Assembly: GCA_036867785.1 (NCBI GenBank)
Contig: CP145426.1
Span: 186,001-250,000 of the forward strand
Direction: 5' to 3'
From: Plasmodiophora brassicae
Taxonomy: Eukaryota
Length of the DNA stretch: 64,000 bases
Shown: positions 24,590 to 34,874 of the stretch, in pieces
How the letters are laid out: each line of letters opens with the position of its first letter
Position numbering within the stretch: position 1 is the stretch's first letter
Notes under the pieces: model-generated
What the model saw: only the letters and a program-made list of their open reading frames with translations
What the model was told of the DNA's origin: nothing
Database searches by the model: none
Translations under genes and position numbers: made by a program

Positions 24590-25160
24590 CTTCCAGAAAA
24601 CGGGAGCTGGGAACAAGGACAGAGGCCTGACGCCTCGCTCGCTGGCCGTTAAGTCGTCGTAGGCGTCGCGGAAAACTTTGCGAATCAAACTGATACGATA
24701 GGTCGATGTTGGAGGTGTTTTCGGGTGAAACGCTCGTCGACTAATGGGTTGAGACCAGGCACTGGTGCCTTTTCCGTCCATCGCACGGAGAGTCGCTTGC
24801 CGTCGTATTCAGGACGAAGAAGCTGAAGTGCCCTGTGACTCTCTTCCAGCTCTTCTTTCATCGACCGGAGCGCCACCCTGAAAGTCTGCGATGCCTCGTG
24901 CAACACCGTTGCCCGCCTCGTGGTCGTTGCAACCGTCATGCCCGTTATGCTGTTTGGACTGGGATCATTGTACGCGAAGTTCATGACGCGATTTTGAACG
25001 TGCTTCCACAGCGCCGCCGTTGTAGGTGCTTCATGTTCCAGATAGACGGCCAGTTCCGGAGCCGCTGATGTTCCGTCGGCTGCTGTGAGAATGCACTGGA
25101 AGGCACATGACAAACGCACCATGGAGATACAGTCGATAAAAGAGCATTCACCGCCAGAAC
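24590..25160 (-). pseudogene. 5'-truncated, internally deleted paralogue of the 20188-22254 nucleotidyltransferase
   Basis: LWKHVQN...AYN.PSPN...LSVRWTE...PLVD.RFT.KHL is fused near 24705, out of frame, to TYRISLIRKVF.DAYDDLT...LSLFPAPV. The catalytic region is missing. Confidence 0.9.
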
Positions 25161-25229
25161 GGTGTGTGGTCGCCGGCTTGGCAGGCAATGGTCCCGCCTG
25201 CAGTGCGCCGTCACGAATTAGAGCGGTCC

Positions 25230-26756
25230 TTAGGCATTTATCGACAACCAGTTGTTCGTGGGATACAGCAGACTCTGCAACGATGGGAGAACCTGCGACT
25301 CCAGGATGCGATCATGGTCAAACGCCAGCGGCACTGTTAGACAGCCGTCGTCGGACGCGTGGTCGCTACTCGATGTGGTCGTGGAGATCGTGTCCTCACC
25401 GAATATGTCAAGCGTCTCTTGCCCTCCATCATCGATGCAGTCGGAACGTATGGGGAACCAAGCTAGCGCTTTCGCGTCATCCGGTAAGGTAGGCTGCACC
25501 TCGGTCATATCAACGACACTTGTGAACACAAACGTTGCCGTGGGACCACGAGGATCGCGCCGGGTATTGACGCTGTATCCGGCCGGTTGCAGGTCCACAT
25601 CGGTCAACGACATTTCATCGCCCAGCTTGCGTTGGGCGGCATGCTTCACTTGTTCGCCGTCACTCGCATGAACGAAAACGCCAGGCAACGCCCTGTATTA
25701 CAGTCAATGTCAATGCCGCGACTCTCAGGTCAAACGCTTCAACGCTACCAGTATTTTTCAAACGGGCTAAAACGGCGCTTGACAAGCAGGATATGAGGAA
25801 TGCCGCCCTTTAACCCAAGGACGCAGATGTCCACGATCAGTAAAGACATGCCAGACAGGTCGTGCGACGAGCGACCGACGTCTGGAACTGACCCTGGGGC
25901 ATTGCCCTCGAATTCGATCACATCCTTGAAAGATTCGGGTTTAACATGGGCCTGAAACGGATGAAGCGCGTCTTTCCCAAACAAGTTCCAGAAAACAGGA
26001 CGCCATCCAGTGGGTGGAGGGATTGTGAGGAAGCCCTCTCGGATCTCATTCTGCAGAATGTCGAAATGGTCGAAAGCCATAGGGATACCGCCGATGCCAG
26101 CTGCGAGCACAGGTATACCGGGTTGTGCGTTGATCGACATAGGAAGCTCACGTTCACCAAGGACGGGAACCCGTCTGCCCGCCGAGTACGCCACCAGGGA
26201 ATTGACAGGGAACCATGCCTCCCTGACGGAGCGACTAGCGAGGTGCGAAACGCGGTCCATGTCGACATGGCTCATGAAGAGGAACGTTGCCGTGTACCCC
26301 CTCGGATCCCGTTCCGCACTGGCGCGATACCCGATCGGTTGCAGGTTGAGACCTGCCTCGTTGCGGCTTAACGATGTCTGATTCTCGAGGGATCGATACG
26401 CTGCATCGATGAGCGGCTCGTCCGCACTGACGTTGACAGAGCCACCTGAGAACGCCCTGTAACAAGGCTAGTTGAAGGTATAGATTCCTAAAGAAGCATG
26501 CACCATACCAATGGTTCTGGAAAGGTCCAGCAGCGCGCTCAATCAGGAGGACGTGTGGGATACCGGCCCGCAACCCAACGATACATACGTCTACCATGAG
26601 GTGGGCCATTGCGAACCCGTACCGTAACATTCCTTCAGCCTGTACGCGGCGAGGCGTCGACGTCGCTGGGGCACCCTTGACTAATTCGACCTCGTCGCAG
26701 GCAGACGCCACGGCCGCGACCATGAAGATCAGCCAGATCGAATGCGCCCGAGGCAT
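25230..26756 (-). CDS. Secreted double-Nudix protein B (3 exons; both Nudix boxes degenerate)
   Basis: Signal IWLIFMVAAVASA-CD; same exon structure as copy A; boxes read AAYRSLENQT and AAQRKLGDEM. Confidence 0.85.
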
Positions 26757-26967
26757 TCGGGACGAGGTCATTGACGCCCCGGTATCCAACCAATACGGCA
26801 ATGGAAAGTGCGGGCCTTCACCGGTGGTGGTCCAGCGGACCGCAAAGTCGAGCGAACCGGCAGGACGCTGCCGCTTCTATTCAGAGACGCTAGCAGGTAG
26901 GAGTAGTGTTCCGCCAGCAGTACGTGCTAATTGATGGAACTGGGAACACGACATGGCGGCAGTACAT

Positions 26968-27960
26968 TTACACAGTTCGTCTTCTGCGGCGGAACCTGAA
27001 CGCAGTCATGACGGCCATAGCAGCACTTAACGAGAACCTGATATGGGCGGGGCCACGGTTACAACAAAGCAAAGCGCGAAAACACGACAATACGCGCACC
27101 ATGTGAACGCGTATGCTGAGTGCGTTAGCGGCGACGTGGGGAACTGAACGTAATCTTCGAGAGACCGACGAAACGGACCGTCGGTTTCGCCCCCGACGAG
27201 GTCGACAACGCGACCCAGCGACAAGGTATTCTGCTTCAGGCCGAGATGCGAGCAAATCGCACCTCCATCAACGCGAATCCATACGCCTAACACCGATCTG
27301 GGAACCGCGGCCCGCTGGACGTTCAAACGGTATAGGGATACCTTCACCAAGATTGCCCGACGGTGCTGTTTGTGCACCTCCAGCCGATTCATCAGGTCGA
27401 ACGACGCCGCAGGCGTTCCCGTTGACCGAATCGTCGAGGCGACTGATCATTTGTTCTACGTCGACTCGTCAGTCGGTACCATCGTTTCGAACACGGTGTC
27501 CAACCTGCGAAACGCATCGGAACCCAGCCCCGGTTCACCAGTACGACCGACCCGTCCGACATTTCCAGCGGCGCTGAATCGACAGGCAATTAGGAACGCT
27601 TCATGCATCCGAAGCATCGCGTACGATACCGATGACGTAGTAGCCGAGGCCACCAGCGGAAATGCCGCCAGACCCACTGGCGCCCGTCCCAACCACACGT
27701 GCCGGCCCACCCCGTGGTCCAACAAGCGACGGCTTCAGGAACCGCCCAGCTGGAAGCCGCACCGGCGTCCAGTCGCGTGCGACCTCGTCCAGTTGCCGCG
27801 GCGCCTGCTCCAACGACAGGCGCCGGGCCTCGATCATCTCGACCTTCTGCTGCCGTCGTTGGACCTGCCAGACACCCAGCCCCGCGGCAACGGCGCTCAT
27901 CGTCGCAAACACCGCCATCCCGCCGGCATCGCGACGCGACCAGGGCAACGCCAGCGCCAT
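26968..27960 (-). CDS. SURF1: SURF1/Shy1 cytochrome c oxidase assembly protein
   Basis: GLGVWQVQRRQQK, VGPR, GYYVI, VLVNRGWVP, GVVR, H.AYAFTW-FSLSA. Confidence 0.92.
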
Positions 27961-28185
27961 CGGCAACCCGCCGACTCCCCGAACGGCAGCTGAAAGTCGA
28001 GAACCGTGCTGCAATTTTTGGAGCGACGTCTCCCTCATCTGACGACGAATAATTGATTAATGGCTGATGGCCGTGTTGCATGCAAGCCCGCCCACGTACG
28101 AACGTTTTTTGTGGGAGGTGGTGGCCGGTGGGACCGCTCACCAGTGCGGCTGCAGCTTTGTGTCATTTGGAAACCGGGTCGGTTG

Positions 28186-28710
28186 ATGGCGGGTGCGCGG
28201 CGTTCGTCGCGGCGGCGTTCTGGGACGTCGCCAGGGCCGCCAGCGTCGTCGGTGGCGGCGCCCGGCGATGGTGTGCCGGACAACGCGGCGATGGACGACG
28301 GGTACCGAGCGTACCTGCGGGCGCAGGCGGCGAGCGAGTCCGGGTCGCTGCTGGAGGAACTGGAGAAACGGCTGGAGAGCACGATCGACACGCTGTGGCA
28401 GAGTGCCGTGTGTGTGGAGGATTTCAAGGACGCGGCCCAGGAGCCGGTTCTGCATGCGAATATTGCACAGTTTATGGAGGACCTGAATGCGGTCTCTTCG
28501 ATTGCGTCCCAGATTGACGTCGATGTGCCTGTTCGCGTGCTCGAAAAGGTCGACAGCGGCGGGAATCCTGATTCCGTCACTAAGGAGTTCGTCGAGCTGT
28601 GCCGCGCCAAGAACGCTGAGATACGCGGGCGTGTGTTCGCGACCAGACTGTTCTGCGAGATGTTCAATGCGAAGCTCGGCCGATGGAACGAACTCGTCCC
28701 TATCAATTAA
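28186..28710 (+). CDS. MED10: Mediator subunit 10 (Nut2)
   Basis: LESTIDTLWQ...V.DF...VPVRVLEKVDSGGNPD..TKEFVE.C..KN...RG; start may be at 28291. Confidence 0.88.
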   Translation: MAGARRSSRRRSGTSPGPPASSVAAPGDGVPDNAAMDDGYRAYLRAQAASESGSLLEELEKRLESTIDTLWQSAVCVEDFKDAAQEPVLHANIAQFMEDLNAVSSIASQIDVDVPVRVLEKVDSGGNPDSVTKEFVELCRAKNAEIRGRVFATRLFCEMFNAKLGRWNELVPIN

Positions 28711-28913
28711 TATTGTACAGCTCGTGTTTTCCCATTCGTGCCTACCTTTGTGGTGACCTTCTCACCGCAGGGCCAGATGGAGCGTGTTTCAAGTAATGAC
28801 CGAATCATGAAACGTCGCCAGAAGGTCACAGGGAGGGTATCTTGTACCGTAAGGTCCCGGTTGGGAACGATTTCGACACGGAGATGGACGAATCGCGCAC
28901 AACACAGGTCGCG

Positions 28914-30213
28914 CTACTCGATGACGCTGTCTTTATCGATTTGAATGGTTGGATGTCGGGCAGACTTGGCCAGGACAGTATGTGCGAAATCGAGAACGGC
29001 GGCCTCACTGGCATCGGAACGAATACGGACGTGCAACGTGCCGACTAGGTCGCCAGGTACGAGCGACCAGAAGTTGGCTGTCCGGCACTCCAGCACCCCA
29101 TCGAACGCAGAGATCTGACAAATGATGAGCGACTCTGCCATGAATATAAATGAGAACGCTTACGTCGCGAATGCATCGTCTGAGGGCGTCAGCTTCTTCA
29201 GTCGGACGCGCTTGCAGCAACGTCAATGACGTGTGGATAAACACGGGCCACACGAGATAAATAGCAACGCAGGCATTACAAATGGCAGACAACTAAAAGC
29301 CATGATCAGCAAACTGCCGGATATGGTCAAGTGGGCTACAACCAGGTACGACAGAGACGACTCAGGGAAGAACGCGAGGAACAGAAACACGATTCTGCTC
29401 AAGGCATCGCATAGAATGTACAGGTAGACACAGTGCAGATTAGCTTGCCTAGCACCGCTACGCGTGACACCTAAACACAGTATTGGGTAGACCTTCCGGA
29501 AACACGCGACTGAACAAATTTACCTTCACCGAGGCGACCGCAGGTGAACCTGTAGGCGCCGAACGCGTTGACAACGAGGCCGATGACTTCGAAAACAACA
29601 CGGCGATGCATTGAAATCGGCGCGTTAGTCAACAGCACGTGTAACGACTCCATGCACGTAAAGAAGGCGTTGAAGAGCAGGAAGCACGAGGTCGTGAAAC
29701 TCGCCAGTACTTCAAAGCGTCCGTACCCGAACGAGAACGCGGAATCAGGAGGGCGCTTTGAAACCATCATTGCCGCCAGCGACGCTACAAGCACAGTCGA
29801 ATCGAACAGCTTTGTCAACGACACCGCAACGAGGCCTAGGCAGCAGACTGTCATCTCGTCAGCATGAAACGGGCAATCTCGCAGCCAATACCGATATTCC
29901 AGAGCATGCATCCAGACAGGAATTGTACTGCCATCACCGAATACGTCATGACCAGGTATAGAGCGAGACTCTTGGAATCGTCATCATTGAGGGCGGTCCG
30001 CGAGAACCTCGCCAGTGACACCTGGTCGTGGCCGAGCACGCGTCGTGCCAGCGCCTGCACCGCGCGCGTCCATCGCAGGACTATCCGCTGACGGCGCACG
30101 GCGCCACCGTTCCAGGTCGACGACCCCGTTTCCGTCGTCGCCGGCGACGACGACGACCTGGACGAGGTCAGCGACGGGAACGGCACCGAATCGGCCGCGC
30201 TTGAACCGAGCAT
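28914..30213 (-). CDS. Cation diffusion facilitator (ZnT/MTP-like) transporter, multi-exon
   Basis: FSFGYGRFEVLASF, GLVVN.FG, NLHCVYLYILCDAL, LLQ..P, GVLEC....FWSL..G..VGTLHV. Confidence 0.85.
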
Positions 30214-33200
30214 TTTTGCGGCTCTGGGGTTCTCAGCCAGCATCACGCTACAAATAGTGCAATTTCTGCGCCTCAACTTTGCGCGCAGCAGCTCAGGAGT
30301 CGACAACTACCTCGGTACTCCACTGCACGAGACGTCAGCGGACATCAAACAGCTGCAGGTTGCGTAGCTGACTGGACGATTAAAATTATCAAGAGCGGGG
30401 TTCCATCATGAGGCTGTTTTCCGTCTCGCGTGCTAAGAGTTCGAGAGGAACGCCCGTGTCTGGTCGACGATCAGGGGGTACGCGCGCAGCGGCGCCGGAG
30501 CGGCATACCAGGCTGGTTGAGGTCCTGCAGCGGGCACAGGCCGGGTGATGCCTCACGTACTTGCGCTGGAACGAGGAACTGGTGCTGCGGGTTCGAGCGG
30601 CGGGCCCAGCGACGTCCAGGCAACACAACCAATTAGGCAAACGGATCCCCGATCTACAATTCGATCTTAGGCAGCGCCAGAAAGCATATATGACAACAAA
30701 CTCAGTGCGCAAATGCCGTGGCGATGACGACGTCGAGCGGAGGGCGGTGCAGCGAGGACAAGCGTGAACGACAAGGGTGCCGCGGCGAGGTAGCGCGGCG
30801 CTGGGTCCGTGACCCATGGGGCGCTGACACCATAGTGGAAGCCCCCCGTCGCGCCCGCCTGGCGTGGAAAACCAGGCGGCTCGCCGCACGCTGGGTCTAT
30901 GACCCGGCCGCACCCACCGGATTGGGCCGTGCCCTCTCCGACACCCTGACGGTCTGTGACCTGAAGGGCACCCTGACGGTCTGTGACCAGAAGGGCCCAG
31001 CCAAGGGAAGTTGCCCGAGGCTCAACCTGGGTTTCCGTGAAACTCAGGTCATGGGAGGCGCCTGTGGCGCCTACTCAGCCAAACTGGCGAACAACACACC
31101 AAAAACCGAAATACCGAAAACCGACATAACCGAAATACCAAACACCACACTCAGTATCACGCCCGCTGACCTCCGAGGTGCCTTGAGATCAGCACGTGTA
31201 CGATGCCCATATCCTAAAAGAGCTAGCTCGCCCACCGTATACGCCAATCTCCTAACGCATGACAGACCCCCGCCCTCGGACACGGCTGCCAAGTCCGTGA
31301 CGCACTTCTCTGGACCCCCCTCGGCGCGTCGAGACAGGCCCAACCCCGCAGTGATGGACCGAGTCCCGCACACCACCGACAACATCCAACTCACTCTAAC
31401 CACTAGCAGAACTGAAACCACAGGCTCCCCAGAAGCTCGGAGAGCCTCGCGCGAAAGACTGTCCGGCATAAGAAATACCCATAACAGAGATAGAACTCAT
31501 AGGGGCACACTCGACCTAACCTATAACAGAACCTCAACGACGTCCGTGACACACTGCTCTTGCTCATCCGACACCAGTGATCACAATGACATGCACAGCA
31601 CCCGAAGAACGCCGAATCTAGAAAACGAAAAGACAGGAACAAACCCACCCTACAACAAGAGATTGGAAGAATCGCGTGACGCAATATACAGAATCCCCCC
31701 ACCAGGCAATGGAACCAGGAACAAACATAACGCTAGACAGACCTCTATACTGGAGTACATCCAAAATAACGCAGAGCTGAACGACCTCAACCTACAGGAT
31801 TCAAATCCACAAGACGCTGACCAGAACCGGGTAAACATCGAACAGTGGAACGCCCGAACACTGACTAAACTCAAAGCTGAACGACTGGCAGAATTCGCGA
31901 AACTGAACAAAATCCACGTACTATGTATATCTGAACTAGGCTCCAGAAGGAAAATTGCTCACTTCCCCAACTACGACTACTCGGACCTGAATACCCAGTC
32001 GGGAATATTCTGGACAAAGAACATAAACGCAAAACGAATTAAAGCGGAGCAACTACAGCAATTTGAAAACAAAAGGATCACAACACAAATGGTCCTAATC
32101 AATGGCGAAACGCTACTCATTCACCCCTACATCCCCCCTGACGTTAAGCAGCGAACACGCAAAGCATACTGGAACGAAATAGAACGGTTTGTCACAAGTG
32201 AAAACAGACCTACAATCATCACAGGCGACCTCAACACACGGGACCGCCGACTAGATGCCTCGGTTAGAGCACGAAGACCCTACCTAGACCCAATCCTTAT
32301 TGAGTTCGAAGTCCTGAACGATATCACGCAGCCCACTAGATACGACCCCGCAAACGAGGAAAAAGGGAGCGTGCTTGACATTGCCATGTGCACTAGTGAC
32401 GCGCGCGAAAACATCCTTGCATGGAGGCTAGGTCCCGACTTGGATAGCGACCACAAAATCACGATTATAGAAACTGCACTAACAATCACCGAACCCGAAT
32501 CACTTTTCGATGGAAATGACCACAAGTCGACAGTCGACATCAACCTTACGACCGAGAACATCACCTTATGGCTTGAATACGAAAACATCGCCGAAGCGAG
32601 CCTGAGCAAACTAAGCAGCATAATCAGAAATAGCATTGCTTATAAAGAAACACCCAGAGAAAACCACAGATTCTGGACTACAGCCCTCCGAGACGCCTGT
32701 CGCAGGAAAGAACAGGCGAAAGAAGCACTCCAAAAAGCGCGACGAGACCAAAAACCTGAGGCCTACATGGAGGCCCTGAAAACAACGCTCCGTAATGAGA
32801 GCATTGAAGTATTGAGAGAATACAAAACAGCCAAGGTACAACGATACACTGAACTGGCAGAGACAGCGGTTGCTGACTCCACAGGCGCCACGACATGGAA
32901 GCTAATAAGAGAGATCAACCCTGAACTAAACAGCAAACGAACGCCACGAACAATCAAATCCAAAAGAGCCGATGAGGAGGCTGAAGAAATAGCAACAAAA
33001 TTTGCCAGCATCTACGACGATAACGACCTTGAAACGACAGAGAAAGAAAGGATGGAACACGACGCATTAATTAAAGCTCTCCAAACAGAGAAAGAAAGCA
33101 ATAGGCCAACACCTATCACTCGAAGAGAACTTGAAAAAGCCCTGAAGCGAGCCAAAATTCGTTCCGCCGGAGGAGTGGACGGCATTACAAACGTGCTCCT

Positions 33201-33687
33201 CAAAAGGGCATGCGAAGAAGAAACAACAGCGGAATATATCCTGGCAGCCATCAACAACGACATCGTCAAAGATGGAAAAATCCCAGACGACTTAAAAATC
33301 GCCAAAGTCCGGCCCCTACCGAAGGCAAAGCCAGGCGAATTCCGACCGATAGCCCTCCTGTCTAACTTAGCCAAACTAGTCGAATCGATAATTGAAACCC
33401 GATTACGCCACCAAGCCGAAAAACACCTACCACCAAACCAGACAGGGGGTAGGGAGGCCCACAACACGTCCCAGGCGATGATACGCCTACTTCAAATCGG
33501 GACACTGGTGCGACCTCGAGTCCGCAGAGTGCCTTAGATCAGCAATCATAGGGCGCCTCCCACATATACCGCGCAACACTGCCGTACGGCGTCCGTGGCG
33601 CACCAATCATACATTCTGCTATCTGGCCTTGTCTGGTCTTGTCCGTGTCCTGCGTGCTAATTGGTTTTGGGCCCATCCCAAGCCTTA

Positions 33688-33735
33688 CCCCTGTCCCTGT
33701 CCCCGTCCCTGTCCCCGTCCCTGTCCCTGTCCCTG
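33688..33735. repeat. (CCCTGT/CCCCGT)n hexamer repeat in the retrotransposon leader
   Basis: cccctgtccctgtccccgtccctgtccccgtccctgtccctgtccctg. Confidence 0.9.
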
Positions 33736-33853
33736 CCCCAGTTCCCGTGTCCCGTGTCCCAGCCCGTGTCGCGATCCAGTTCGCGTTGTGACCGCCGCGC
33801 CCCACGCTCGGTTTGTACCCGTCCCTGTCCCCCTGCTCCCGCCGCCCGCCATA

Positions 33854-34798
33854 ATGGCGGAGGACTGGAACCAGCTCGTCACAAACCTGAACTCTCAGAT
33901 CCAGCACTTGCAACAGCAACAACAGCAACAGCAGCAGCTTCTACAGCAACAGCACGATCAACTGCTACAACAGCAACAACTACTGCAGCAGCAACCAATC
34001 CCACAGCAGCACGGTGGCGCCCGCGAACCAAAAGTCAAGCTACCGCCGGCCTATAACGGCAGCCTGTCGGAGCTTCGGGGTTTCCTTAACCAGGTCAAAC
34101 TGGTTATTACCCAGCAGCCCAACACATACGCGACCGACGCTCAGAAGGTTGCATTGGTGGGCCAGCTGTTGGGTGGCGACGCCCTAAAGTGGTTTAACCC
34201 ACTGTTCGAGAGGAATGACGACCTGATGAAGGACTTCAGCGCCTTCGTCTCCGCAATCAAGAGCAGATTCGGGGACCCGAACCTCGCAGAGACCGCGGCC
34301 CGCAAGCTCCAGCACCTGCGTCAGGGTCGAGGCACCGTCGCCCGCTTCGCCACAGAATTCCAGAACTTGGCGGCGGACGCGGGGTTCAACGACTCAGCCT
34401 GCCGACACATGTTCCGCGCAGCCCTGTCTCGGGACGTACAGTTCCTCCTGCTGTCCTTGCCTGTCGCGAAAACACTCGACGAGCTCGTCCAGCAGGCGAT
34501 TCGCTGCGACAACCGTCTCTCCGAGCACAGATCGAACACCATGGTCCCAGCACCAGCTGTTCCTGCCGTCGTCTCCGCATCAGCTGCCCCTCCCGTTGCC
34601 GCAACACCCCCGGCCGCCGCGATCGGGCCGGTTCCCATGATCATCGACGCTGTGACCGGTGGCCCCCGCGCCTCGCTGACTGCCGAAGAGAAAGACCGCC
34701 GACGCCGTGAGGGCCTGTGCCTATACTGTGGAATGCCTGGCCATATCGCGTCGACCTGTCCTGTGCGTCCACAGGGAAACGTCCCTCGACGTGGCTGA
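33854..34798 (+). CDS. gag: Gag (Ty3/gypsy chromovirus/PEG10-like) with poly-Q and CCHC knuckle
   Basis: EPKVKLPPAYNG...RGFLNQ...DAQKVA...L.GDALKW, LRQG..TV..FATEF, PMIID, EEKDRRRREGLCLYCG.PGHIA.TCP. Confidence 0.9.
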   Translation: MAEDWNQLVTNLNSQIQHLQQQQQQQQQLLQQQHDQLLQQQQLLQQQPIPQQHGGAREPKVKLPPAYNGSLSELRGFLNQVKLVITQQPNTYATDAQKVALVGQLLGGDALKWFNPLFERNDDLMKDFSAFVSAIKSRFGDPNLAETAARKLQHLRQGRGTVARFATEFQNLAADAGFNDSACRHMFRAALSRDVQFLLLSLPVAKTLDELVQQAIRCDNRLSEHRSNTMVPAPAVPAVVSASAAPPVAATPPAAAIGPVPMIIDAVTGGPRASLTAEEKDRRRREGLCLYCGMPGHIASTCPVRPQGNVPRRG

Positions 34799-34874
34799 TG
34801 ACCCGGTCGGTCGCCACGTCTCTCGCGAATACACAACGCGTTCCCCTCCAAAACTCCGACCGATTCCCACATGA

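Noticed and set aside
24071-24781. 236-aa ORF with a VCVCVC tract
   Set aside because: Read-through of the NTase pseudogene tail and the (CA)n microsatellite.
30718-31830. 2A-like peptide or separate ORF1 in the LINE leader
   Set aside because: No D(V/I)ExNPGP motif or zinc knuckle visible.
33629-33853. CPCPRPCP metallothionein-like N-terminus on the gag ORF
   Set aside because: Translation of the LTR end and the hexamer repeat from a non-ATG start; gag more plausibly starts at 33854.
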